From: Octopus sinensis
Lineage: Eukaryota
Direction of reading: 5' to 3'
Length of the DNA: 64,000 nt
Assembly: GCF_006345805.1 (NCBI RefSeq)
Contig: NC_043025.1
Span: 12,214,001-12,278,000, forward strand
The notes under the pieces were generated by a model. The model was not told the DNA's origin, searched no databases, and worked only from the letters and a program-made list of their open reading frames with translations. Every line of letters begins with the position of its first letter. Within the stretch, counting starts at the first letter, position 1. This document shows, piece after piece, positions 51,792 through 62,821 of this stretch. The position numbers and the translations under genes were made by a program.

Positions 51792-54294
51792 GGATAGATG
51801 GATGGATGGATGGATGGATAAATAAATAGAGAGTGGTAGACAGACAGATAGATAGACGGATAGATAGATAGATGGATAGATAGATAGATAGATAGATGGA
51901 TAGATAGATAGATGGATAGATAGATAGATGGATGTATAGATAGATGGATGGATGGATGGATAAATAAATAGAGAGTGGTAGACAGACAGATAGATAGACG
52001 GATAGATAGATAGATGGATAGATAGATAGATAGATGGATAGATAGATAGATGGATAGATAGATAGATGGATGTATAGATAGATGGATGGATGGATGGATG
52101 GATGGATAGACAGACAGACAGACGGATGGATGGATAGATAGATAGATAGATAGATAGATATAGATAGACGGATAGATAGATAGACGGATAGATAGATAGA
52201 TAGATATCAACTGACCCTTATGGTATGTCTCCCTCCTGTCATGAGTAAAGCTTCCATTATATCTTGAGAGACCTTCTTCTTTAGAGCCAGATGGAGAGGG
52301 TTGTTGCCTTGGACATCCTGAATGTTGACATCGGCTCCCTTGGAGAGCATGAGGGCCACAACATCACATCGCTGTCTGGAAATGAAAAAAAATATAAACA
52401 TTACAGGCACTGACACGATTTCATTAAATTATACGCTCATGTTCAACATACGGTGCCCCAGCATGGCCACAGCTCATGAGCTGAAACTAGATAAAATATA
52501 AAAATATATAAAAAACACAGGAGTGGCTGTGTAGTAAGTAGCTTGCTAACCAACCACATGGTTCGGGGTTCAGTCCCACTCTGTGGCATCTTGGGCAAGT
52601 GTCTTCTACTATAGCCCCGGGTTGACCAATGCCTTGTGAGTGGATTTGGTAGACGGAAACTGAAAGAAACCTGTCGTATATATGTATATATATATATGTA
52701 TGCGTGTGTGTGTTTGTCCCCCTAGCATTGCTTGACAACTGATGCTGGTGTGTTTACGTCCCCGTCACTTAGCGGTTCAGCAAAAAGAGACCGATAGAAT
52801 AAGTACTGGGCTTACAAAGAATAAGTCCCGGGGTTGATCTGCTTGACTAAAGGCAGTGCTCCAGCATAGCCGCAGTCAAATGACTGAAACAAGTAACAAA
52901 GAAAAAAAGAAAAAGAATATACAAGAATTAAGTGTATAACAATGTCTATGTACCCGGATCTTTTCGGTCTGACCGGCAGTTTTTTAAAATAATTTCTACG
53001 TAACTAAACACTTTTAAAATTTCGTATACTGGTAGAATGTGTTTATAAAACACATTGCTCCATTTTACTCAGCCTTCGAAAGGAGTTGCAATGTCACAGG
53101 TGCCAGGCTGTATCAGCCCCTTTGCCTTTCCGTTGGATAACATCAGTGGCATGGAGAGGAGAAACAGGTATGCATAGACGACTGCAGGTCTTCCATAGAC
53201 AACCTTGCCTGGACCTGAGCTTCAGAAGGGAACTTTCTAGGTGCAACCCCATGGTCATTCATGACCAAAGGAGGTCTTTACCCTATGTACATATAAGGGG
53301 GTCTTTTCCCTATGTACATATAAGGGCATGGATAAAGGGAGCTGGTATGCGTGGGTGACTCTTTACTCTTTTACTTGTTTCAGTCATTTGACTGCAGCCA
53401 TGCTGGAGCACCGCCTTTAGTCGAGCAAATCGACCCCGGGACTTATTCTTTGTAAGCCCAGTACTTATTCTATCGGTTCTCTTTTGCCGAACCGCAAAGT
53501 GACGGGGACGTAAACACACAAGCATCGGTTGTCAAGCAATGCTAGGGGGACAAACACACACACACAAACACATATACACACATATATATATATACATATA
53601 TACGACAGGCTTCTTTCAGTTTCCGTCTACCAAATCCACTCACAAGGCATTGGTCGGCCCGGGGCTATAGCAGAAGACACTTGCCCAAGATGCCACGCAG
53701 TGGGACTGAACCCGGAACCATGTGGTTGGTTAGCAAGCTACTTACCACACAGCCACTCCTGCTGGTCTTCCATAAACAACCTTGCCCAGATTTGCACCTC
53801 AGAGGGGAACTTTCTGGGTACAATCCAATGGTCAAATGGTCATTCAAAACTGAAGGATGGTTTTATTGTAGGGTAGGTACAAGAGGCTGAATCGGGCAGT
53901 TTGACCCTAAAACAAAGTACAATATTTGGGCCAGGTACGGCCAGTTTAAATGCTGAAGAGTTAATTCCAAACTTACCCGATCACAGCATAATGTAAAGCT
54001 GTATTATGGAATCGGTCACTTATGTCCAAATTGGCGCCAGCACCTATGAACATGTTGACTAGACGTGTGTCACCCAGTCGACAAGCAACCATCAGGCTAG
54101 TCAGACCCCATGAATTCTTTTGGTTAATCTGAAAGAAAGAAAGTGAAGGCATGTGAAATATATCAAAGGAGAGACAGAGAAGAGAGTGAAGAACATTTGT
54201 GGATGAGAAGAGAGGGATACAAAAGAGGAACAAACACACATACTATTTTGCTTCTGTCTTCCATGCTATATATTATATATATATATATATATAT

Positions 54295-54325
<31 letters not shown>

Positions 54326-54408
54326 TTCCAGCAAAAACTGTCTGATGAACGGCAACGAGAAACTCAGAGTAACAGATTTTGTTGAATTTTCTGCTACTTT
54401 AAATAAAG

Positions 54409-54448
<40 letters not shown>

Positions 54449-54497
54449 CATACACACACACAAATATATTATATATATAACATACACACTCACACAC

Positions 54498-54542
<45 letters not shown>

Positions 54543-55161
54543 TATACATACACACTCACACACACACATATATATATATATATTATACATACACACATAT
54601 ACATATATACGACGGGCTTCTTTCAGTTTCCGTCTACCAAATCTACTCACAAGGCTTTGGTCGTCCCAAGGCTATAGCAGAAGACACTTGTCCAAGGTGC
54701 CATGCAGTGGGACTGAACCCGGAACCATGTGGTTGATTAGCAAGCTACTTACCACACAGCCACTCCTGCGCCTTATATATATATATACATATATACGACA
54801 GACTTCTTTCAGTTTCCGTCTACAAAATCCACTCGCAAGGCTTTGGTTGGCCCGAGTCTATAGCAGAAGGCACTTGCCCAAGGTGCCATGCAGTGGGACT
54901 GAACCCGGAACCATGTGGTTGATTAGCAAGCTACTTACCACACAGCCACTCCTGCGCCTATATCAAAATTTTATCTTACCTTGTTCCAGACACCATAGCA
55001 ACAAAGACAAATCATTTTACCAAATATTAAATAATAAACCAAAAGTCAAGTTTGAGGAGACAATTAAAAGAACTTACCTGATTAGGGTTAGTGTTAATGA
55101 ATTTCTCAAAATAAGAAATATCACTTTGCATCGTTTTGCTTATGCTCCGATTTGCTTCCAT
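41255..55161 (-). CDS. Mind-bomb-like E3 ligase: ~9-10 ankyrin repeats + RING + RING, 495 aa. Coding exons 55161-55078, 54128-53977, 52375-52216, 50572-50220, 48340-48304, 47273-47064, 45650-45475, 42836-42688, 41421-41255
   Basis: ATG in GCCATGG context. All nine exons have AG/GT boundaries with compatible phases (0,2,0,2,0,0,2,1); total 1488 nt. Ankyrin periodicity continues across junctions ([41 protein letters not shown]). Terminal [45 protein letters not shown] resembles the MIB C-terminal RING. Confidence 0.88.
42688..42836 (-). CDS. RING-HC exon 1 (149 nt)
   Basis: [28 protein letters not shown]...CPECR; ccatag| acceptor and G|GTAAGA donor. Confidence 0.9.
42921..43703. repeat. ~210-bp repeat, two direct copies (42921-43132, 43246-43455) plus one inverted copy (43487-43703), each with a hammerhead-like core (Penelope pLTR-like)
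   Basis: On the - strand of copies 1-2: CTGATGA-G-GT(C/T)ACA-GGAG-TGTGAC-GAAA-G-AA-C-TC. Copy 3 on +: CTGATGC-G-GTCACA-CGCC-TGTGAC-GAAA. Confidence 0.75.
43805..44300. repeat. ~214-bp tandem repeat, ~2.3 units
   Basis: GAAA(T/C)GTAATGGAAAAT recurs at 43805, 44021 and 44233. Confidence 0.85.
44481..44551 (+). ncRNA. Type I hammerhead ribozyme motif, copy 1 of the 349-bp array
   Basis: CTGATGA 44501-44507, stem II GGT/ACC with CAAT loop, GAAAC-TCGA-GTC 44522-44533. Extended stem I: CACACG/CATGTG, TGAT/ATCA, CAACC/GGTTG. Confidence 0.8.
44830..44900 (+). ncRNA. Type I hammerhead motif, copy 2
   Basis: Identical core at +349 nt (CTGATGA 44850, GTC 44880-44882). Confidence 0.8.
45179..45249 (+). 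ncRNA. Type I hammerhead motif, copy 3
   Basis: CTGATGA 45199, CGAGT-CAAT-ACCCA, GAAAC-TCGA-GTC ending at 45231. Confidence 0.78.
45475..45650 (-). CDS. Last, degenerate ankyrin exon (GCTKLSL...[23 protein letters not shown]...)
   Basis: catttgtag| acceptor, CC|GTAAGT donor; phase 0 to 2 matches both neighbours. Confidence 0.82.
47064..47273 (-). CDS. Ankyrin exon (DRVNLDVKN...LEILDE)
   Basis: cacaaag| acceptor, GAG|GTAAGT donor, 70 codons. Confidence 0.88.
48304..48340 (-). CDS. 37-nt ankyrin micro-exon ([12 protein letters not shown])
   Basis: actttcag| ... CAG|GTAAGT; supplies the required phase 2 to phase 0 bridge. Confidence 0.8.
48458..49425 (+). repeat. Tandem array of 5 SINE 5'-halves joined by (TA)n
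   Basis: GCAGGAGTGGCTGTGTGG head recurs at ~48460, 48669, 48876, 49070 and 49259. Confidence 0.85.
50220..50572 (-). CDS. Ankyrin exon (3.5 repeats, TPLHLAC motifs)
   Basis: ctccag| acceptor, GG|GTAGGT donor, 353 nt. Confidence 0.92.
50925..51765 (+). mobile_element. Two tandem RTE (BovB-like) LINE 3' fragments; (GATA/GGAT)n tail expanded to 52205
   Basis: [32 protein letters not shown]...YFGHI.R...LEKDIMLG...RGR.RPR..WLD signature. Confidence 0.92.
52216..52375 (-). CDS. Ankyrin exon ([31 protein letters not shown]...)
   Basis: atttccag| acceptor at phase 2. Donor AGG|GTCAGT at phase 0 is non-consensus but phase-compatible. Confidence 0.8.
53977..54128 (-). CDS. Ankyrin exon ([16 protein letters not shown]...TALHYAVIG)
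   Basis: ctttcag| acceptor, GG|GTAAGT donor, ankyrin consensus. Confidence 0.88.
54329..54384 (+). ncRNA. Isolated type I hammerhead-like motif between (TA)n tracts
   Basis: CTGATGA 54342-54348, CG-GCAA-CG, GAAAC-TCAGA-GTA. Stem I CTGT/ACAG plus CAGCAAAA/TTTTGTTG. Confidence 0.6.
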
Positions 55162-55172
55162 GGCTTCTGAAG
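55078..55172 (-). CDS. First coding exon of the ankyrin-RING gene (ATG at 55161; [28 protein letters not shown])
   Basis: ttccacag| acceptor, GCCATGG Kozak context, CAG|GTAAGT donor, 28 codons. Confidence 0.75.
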
Positions 55173-56905
55173 CTGTGGAAAAAGAAAGAAAATAGTTTTA
55201 AAGAATTCTAATGACATTAACAACAATATAAACACCGTATAGATATACACATATATATATACACACATATATGTACACATATATACACACACATATATAT
55301 ACACATATATATACACACATATATATATACATATATATATACATATATATATATACACATATATATATATACACATATATATATACATATACACATATAT
55401 ACATATATATACATATATATATATATATAGTTAATCCAAACAAGAAAGCACAAAAAAACACAACAACGCGAGGACGTGGAAGAAATATAGTATTATTGGA
55501 CGCTCAGGAAAGAAGGAGGGTTTAACGTTTCGAGTGGAGCTCTTCGTCGGAAATATAGGAGAAGGAAAGATCCAGAGAAGGGAAGACAGAGGAAAAAAAA
55601 TCGCCTATATATACATATATATACATATATACATATATATATACATATATACATATATATACATACATATATATATATATATATACACATATATATACAC
55701 ACATATAAATATATATATACATACATACATATACATATAATACATACATACATATACATACATATATACATAAATACATACATATATACATACATACATA
55801 TACATACATATATACATACATACATATATACATACATATATACATATATACATATACATATATACATACATACATATATATACTGAGGCGCAATGGCTCA
55901 GTGGTTAGGGCAGCGGACTCGCGGTTTCGATTCCCAGACCGGGCGTTGTGAGTGTTTATTGAGCGAAAACACCTAAAAGCTCCACGAGGCTCCGGCATAT
56001 ATACGACAGGCTTCTTTCAGTTTCCGTCTACCAAATCCACTCACAAGGCTTTGGTCGGCCCAAGGTCATAGTAGAAGACACTTGCCCAAGGTGCCACGCA
56101 GTGGGACTGAACTCGGAGCCATGTGGTTAGTGAGCAGAAACTGAAAGAAGCCTGTTGTATATATGTATATATTTGTGTGTGTACGCAATATTTGTGGGTG
56201 TGTTTGTTAGTGGATGAATCCGTCAATTTAGTGTTCATAATTGTTTAACAAATCAACGTGTTCCATAATAATAATATATTTCTTTACTACCCACAAGGGG
56301 CTAAACACAGAGGGGACAAACAAGGACAGACAAAGGGATTAAGTCGATTACATCGACCCCAGTGCGTAACTGGTACTTAATTTATCGACCCCGAAAGGAT
56401 GAAAGGCAAAGTCGACCTCGGCGGAATTTGAACTCAGAACGTAAAGACAGACGAAATACCTATTTCTTTACTACCCACAAGGGGTTAAACACAGAGGGGA
56501 CAAACAAGGACAGACAAAGGGATTTAGTCGTTTACATCGACCCCAGTGCGTAACTGGTACTTAATTTATCGACCCCGAAAGGATGAAAGGCAAAGTCGAC
56601 CTCGGCGGAATTTGAACTCAGAACGTAAAGACAGACGAAATACCTATTTCTTTACTACCCACAAGGGGTTAAACACAGAGGGGACAAACAAGGACAGACA
56701 AAGGGATTTAGTCGTTTACATCAACCCCAGTGCGTAACTGGTACTTAATTTAATCGACCCCGAGAGGATGAAAGGCAAAGTCGACCTCGGCGGAGACGAC
56801 GATCTCTTTTCTTTGTCACCAAGGCGATTCCCTAATAATTAGAAATCTATCATTTCCAGTTCAACATTAAAACTCTAAGACAAGACACGGAAATTTTAGC
56901 GTTAC

Positions 56906-57064
56906 CTGAAGACCAGAGCCTTTTTACGGTGAGATTCGTTGACCAGATGGGACGGATTCCAAGGGTTTTCTCCGATGATCAATGAATGGATTTCTTGAAC
57001 TTCTCTTCGGGAATCCGCGAAATTCCTCGACCAATCAATGCGTCGGTGTCATATGAAAATGTCC
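56906..57064 (-). other. Probable non-coding 5'-UTR exon of the ankyrin-RING gene
   Basis: tttttcgtcag| acceptor and CAG|GTAACG donor around unique sequence; no open frame through the exon; contains a short uORF. Confidence 0.5.
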
Positions 57065-57654
57065 CTGACGAAAAAAAGATGGCCATAAACTGAGGGGTCA
57101 CTCGTAAATAGAGCTGGATAACAAAACCGTTCCCTCTTTAGTGTCCACCCGTAATTATGACCCTAGTATCGATCTATTGCATTTCAATCTGTTTTAGGAT
57201 TAGGGTTAAGGTTAGGGGGATCTTTTCGGTTTGAACGGCTGTTTTTTTTTAAAATTATTTCCACGTAACTAAACACTTTTAAACTTCGTATACTGGTAGA
57301 ATGTGTTTATAAAACATCTTTTCTCTTGGCTTTATTGAGAAAATTCTATAGTTTGTAAGATATTTGTCGTTTTTTTTCTTCAATTTCTGCAATTTCAACC
57401 AATCAATGACGTATATTGAGGTAAAAAAAACACATTCTGTGCCGTATGAATATGACCGTGGCCATTCTGGAGCACCAGCTTTAGTCGAGCAAATCGCCCC
57501 CGGGACTTATTTTTTTGAAAGCCTAGTACTTATTCTATCGGTGTCTTTTGCCAAACCGCTAAGTTACGGGGATGTAAACACACCAGCATCGGTTGTCAAG
57601 CGATGTAGGGGGGGGGGACAAACACAGACACACAAACATATACACACACGCATA

Positions 57655-58500
57655 CATACATATATACGACGGGCTTCCTTCAGTTTCCGTCTACCAAATC
57701 CACTCACAAGGCTTTGGTCGGCCCGAGGCTATAGTGGAAGACACTTGCCCAAGGTGCCACGCAGTGGGACTGAACCCAGAACCGTGTGGTTGGTAAGCAA
57801 GCTACTTACCACACAGCCACTCCTGCATATATATATACGACGGGCTTCTTTCAGTTTCCGTCTACCAAACCACTCACAAGGCTTTGCCCGAGGCTATAGT
57901 GGAAGACACTTGCCCAAGGTGCCACGCAGTGGGATGAACCCAGAACCGTGTGGTTGGTAAGCAACCTACTTACCACACAGCCACTCCTGCATATATATAT
58001 ACGACGGGCTTCTTTCAGTTTCCGTCTACCAAATCCACTCACAAGGCTTTGGCGGCCCGAGGCTATAGTGGAAGACACTTGCCCAAGGTGCCACGCAGTG
58101 GGACTGAACCCAGAACCGTGTGGTTGGTAAGCAAGCTACTTACCACACAGCCACTCCTGCATATATATATACGACGGGCTTCTTTCAGTTTCCGTCTACC
58201 AAATCCACTCACAAGGCTTTGGCCGGCCCGAGGCTATAGTGGAAGACACTTGCCCAAGGTGCCACGCAGTGGGACTGAACCCAGAACCGTGTGGTTGGTA
58301 AGCAAGCTACTTACCACACAGCCACTCCTGCATATATATATACGACGGGCTTCTTTCAGTTTCCGTCTACCAAATCCACTCACAAGGCTTTGGCCGGCCC
58401 GAGGCTATAGTGGAAGACACTTGCCCAAGGTGCCACGCAGTGGGACTGAACCCAGAACCGTGTGGTTGGTAAGCAACCTACTTACCACACAGCCACTCCT
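57655..58500 (-). repeat. Tandem array of 5 SINE 5'-halves
   Basis: CGACGGGCTT...CACAGCCACTCCTG units of ~165-180 bp separated by short (TA)n. Confidence 0.85.
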
Positions 58501-58707
58501 GTGCTATTGATATTTTTTAATATTTTTCTCTCTATAAACAAATTTTATTGAATGATGATATCAAACTAACACACACGTAGTCCCAACTGAGCAAGGGCCG
58601 TGTTATGTATGTGTAAGAAAAAAACACCTAAAATCATTATCATCATCATCATCGTTAACGTCTGTTTTCCATGCTAGCATGGGTTGGATGATTTGACTGA
58701 GGACTGG

Positions 58708-59490
58708 CATCATCATCATCATCATCATTGTTCGACCGTGGTCGAGACAATGGAATTTACCATGCTACGCCAGACTTCACGGTCCATCATAGCATTGCGG
58801 AGGTCCTGTTGCTGGATGCCTGTATCCCTGGAGATTACATCAGGGTAGGAGAGTGTGCGGCCTCTGGTGTTGCGAGTAGATGGCTTCCAGAGGAGAAGAG
58901 TAGAAATTACTTCTTTTTCAGCTCTACAACAATGTCCAGCAAACTGGACTCTCCTACCCTTCACAAGAGATGACACAGGTGGTAATTTCCCATATATTTG
59001 TACTTTGGTTGGATGGCGCTTCCACAAGAGAACCCTAACCCTAACCATCATCATCATCATCATTGTTCGACCGTGGTCGAGACAATGGAATTTACCATGC
59101 TACGCCAGACTTCACGGTCCATCATAGCATTACGGAGGTCCTGTTGCTGGATGCCTGTATCCCTGGAGATTACATCAGGGTAGGAGAGTGTGCGCCCTCT
59201 GGTGTTGCGAGTAGATGGCTTCCAGAGGAGAAGAGTAGAAATTACTTCTTTTTCAGCTCTACAACAATGTCCAGCAAACTGGACTCTCCTACCTTTCACA
59301 AGAGATGACACAGGTGGTAGTTTCCCATATATTTGCATTTTGGTTGGATGGCGCCTCCACGAGAGATTTTGAGCTCTCATAAGGAGGCGAGTGTAGGTTC
59401 CATCCAACCGCCTCTCAAGCTTCTTTGATAACGTCCAGGTTTCTGAGCCATATAGTAGGATTGGTTCGACTGTGGCTTTGAATATTTCAA
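58708..59490 (-). mobile_element. Two tandem RTE-clade LINE 3' fragments with (GAT)n tails
   Basis: MDGTYTRLLMRAQNLSW...RRVQFAGHCCRA...LLWKP...RGRTLSYPDVI..D...MMDREVWR, repeated twice. Confidence 0.85.
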
Positions 59491-61018
59491 GTTTGAAGTC
59501 TCTACTTAGATTTGAGGACTGGCAAACCAGATGGCTGCACCAGGCTCCAATCTGATCTGGCAGAGATTTTATTCTTTCGGTAAATATTGCGTACCCACAG
59601 ATTTTTCGGGTGCTTTCAACAGATCTGCCCTACAAACCCGTCGCAAGCCCCTTTTTTCTGGAAAAGAAAGGTGGGGACCTCGAAGGGAGTTTTGTTTCAC
59701 GGGTCTTTTCTTCTTATCCAGGTTATTTTGCATGCTTTCAACAAATGTGACATCGAAATCACACGTAAACGGCTCCTCTTACCAGAAAAGGAAAGAATTG
59801 GCTGCTATTTCTAGCATGCCCTGCTATCACGTAACAGCTATTTGTGTTCACACCGAAATATTTACCAACACTTTTTCTTCCGTTTATTTTTTTCCCCTTT
59901 ATGGAACTCAATATTTTCTCTGTTGACATCCACTTCAGTGAGGTCAAGGATTAAGTGAAAACGTATCAATCACTGTTCCCTCTCGACAGGACATTAGAAA
60001 TTTCCCCGCTGTCTTTGCAAGCAACAAGCAGGTGGATTTAGTTTCAAATCCAGGCAGGGCTAAATGAGCTCCTACAAGTTATTTATAATAATAAGTGGCG
60101 ATATATTGGGGTGTGGAGGAGCAATAAAGGGCAACGGGCTACAATCGTGTCCGTCAGGCACAGGTCGACAGAGTGGAGGCGCAATGGCCCAGCGGACTCG
60201 CAGTTGTAGGATCACGGTTTCGATTCCCAGACCGGGCGTTGTGAGTGTTTATTGAGCAAAAACACCTAAAAGCTCCACGAGACTCCGGCAGGGGGTGGTG
60301 ATCCCTGCTGTACTCTTTCACCACTCTTTCTCCCACTCTTTCTTCTGTTGGCCTGCTCGCTTAGCCAGCGGGGTGGCGTCATTCGAAGGCTAAAACAATG
60401 CGAACGCATTGTGACCAGCGATGTGTAACAACATCTGATGGTCTGGTTGGTCACGTGATCACGTGATATCGGGGTTGAAGGAATGATGTGTACAATATTA
60501 AATATGCTTAGACAATCTGAAAACAATACTCTTTACTCTTTTACTTGTTCCATGCCTTTAATTGAGCAACTCGACCCCGGGACTTATTCTTTTTAAGCCC
60601 AGTACTTATTCTATCGGTCTCTTTTGCCGAACCGCTAAGTGACGGGGATGTAAACACACCAGCATCGGTTGTCAAGCAATGCTAGAGGGACAAACACAGG
60701 CACACAAACACACACATATATATATATACATATATACGACAGGCTTCTTTCAGTTTCCGTCTACCAAATCCACTCACAAGGCTTTGGTCAGCCCGGGGCT
60801 ATAGCAGAAGACACTTGCCCAAGATGCCACGCAGTGGGACTGAACCCGGAACCATGTGGTTGGTTAGCAAGCTACTTACCACACAGCCACTCCTGCGCCT
60901 ATAAGAACTTTTAAACATTTTTTTTTTGTTATGAGCCGAAATAGCTTGTAGTGTGATGGAGGAAAAGGACAACAGAAAAAAAGAAGCAAACGGGAGAAAG
61001 AAATACAAAAGGCCTTAC

Positions 61019-61165
61019 CTGTTGACCCCAGCGGGACGAGCGGTCACTCTCACGAATTAAACACGTTTTATCTCTGCGCTGTCTTTTCCGGAACTGACCA
61101 CACGTGCTTCCTGCACACGCATGTCCCTTTCACTCTTCTGCCAGCCCCTGCAGTCTTCACTTCCC
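61019..61165 (-). promoter_or_regulatory. Probable promoter / first non-coding exon of the ankyrin-RING gene, homologous to 15181-15336
   Basis: GGAAGTGAAGACTGCAGG block and CAG|GTAAGG donor shared with the ZNF leader exon. Confidence 0.6.
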
Positions 61166-61944
61166 TTTTTGCCTCATCTACCATCCTCTCCACCAACACC
61201 ACATAGCTCATCACAGCCCATAACACCACTAACACCACACATTTACAGGTTTTTATGACATTTGGGGCTTAACGGACTTGAGTTAACAGAAGCTAATTGT
61301 AACGGAAATTAATTAGTCTGATGGTGATTTTCAAAGTTAACTTAAAACTTGATCATTAACAAAAATGTTAATGCCATTAATTAACAATTAATGGATTAAC
61401 AGACGTATCATTGCCTGAGCGGCTATCTGGCCTCCAGGCTGGTGGCACGTAAAAGACACCATTCGAGCGTGATCATTACCAGTGTCACCTTACTGGCACC
61501 TGTGCCGTGGCATGTGTAAAAGATTCGATCGAGGTCGTTGCCAGTGACCCCTGACTGGGCCCATGCTGGTGGAATGTAAAAGCACCCACTACACTCTCGG
61601 AGTGGTTGGCGTTAGGAAAGGCATCCAGCTGTAGAAACTCTGCCAGATCAAGATTGAAGCCTGGTGCAGCCATCTGGTTCGCCAGACCTCAGTCATTCGT
61701 CCAACCCATGCTAGCATGGAAAGCGGACGTTAAACAATGATGATGATGATGATGCCCAGCTCTGCATGTATATATACATATATGATGGGGCTTCTTTCAG
61801 TTTCCAACTACCAAATCCACTCACAAGGCTTTAGTTGGCCCAAGGCTATAGTAGAAGACAGTTGCTCAAAGTGCCATGCAGTGAGACTGAACCTGGAACC
61901 ATGTGGTTGGGAAGCAAGCTACTTACTACACAGCCATGCCTGAG

Positions 61945-61950
61945 AAAATT

Positions 61951-61983
<33 letters not shown>

Positions 61984-62625
61984 CATTGTGTACAGTGCTC
62001 AGGTGCGCCCACAACTCATCTAAAGTGTATGTATAGTACATAGGGTAATGTACAAGCGTCAGGAAAAGAACAGTGCATGAGTCATGACATACACACATGT
62101 GTATGAGTATGGAAAGGGGACAATCAGGTGCAGTTTCGGCAGATTTCGGAAAGCATGAGGGCCTTAAAGGATGCAGTGTCATGGCAGTCAACAACTGACG
62201 CAGGCAGTTTGTTCCATGCTTCAGCAACTCTGAGCGTGAAAAAATGTTTCCGAAAGTCATGGAAGGAGCTGTTTTCTGACTTTGTAGGCATGTCCACGTG
62301 TGTTGGACATATGGAGATCAAAAAAGGTGTTCAGTGTTGTTGTTGTTGTTGGTGAGGTGGTTGATAACTTTGTGGGTGTTTACCAAGTCCATCGCCAGAC
62401 GCCGGAGCTTCAGTGAATCCATGCCCAGGGAAACAAGGCGCTCAGAGTATGGTAGGTGTCTGATGGAGGGTATGCGTTTGGTTGCACGTCTCTGGACAGA
62501 TTCCAGGAGGTCAATGTTCTGAGCAAGATAGGGGCTCCAAACTGATGATGTGAATTCCAAGTGTGGTCGTACCATAGCTGTATACACCTTTAATATTTTC
62601 AAAGAAGGTTGCCTTAAGTACAAAA
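61945..62625 (-). mobile_element. 5'-truncated CR1 LINE
   Basis: VYTAMVRPHLEFTSSVWSPY...LESVQRRATKRI...YSERL...LRVAEAWNKLP; (ATT)n tail. Confidence 0.92.
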
Positions 62626-62821
62626 GGTGCTGACTTCAGAAAAGATGTCATCAGAACCTCAAATAATACACAAAAGCACTGGATCTGTGAAAAATGGGGC
62701 CATGTTTCCCTTTCTAAGGCTGGGAATGTCAATCATAAAAGATGGCATGCAGCCTCCTCCTCATCATTTAACATCTGTTTGGAGAGCTTGCTAAGAACTG
62801 GCAAGACCAGGGGCCACACGA

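Noticed and set aside
21122-53960. Other CTGANGA heptamers (e.g. ~21122, 26005, 29333, 46454, 53953)
   Set aside because: No correctly spaced GAAA, stem II and stem I, so they are chance matches.
59531-60060. 131-aa ORF and neighbouring open stretches
   Set aside because: No recognisable domain or splice signals; possibly a degraded TE, but I cannot support a call.
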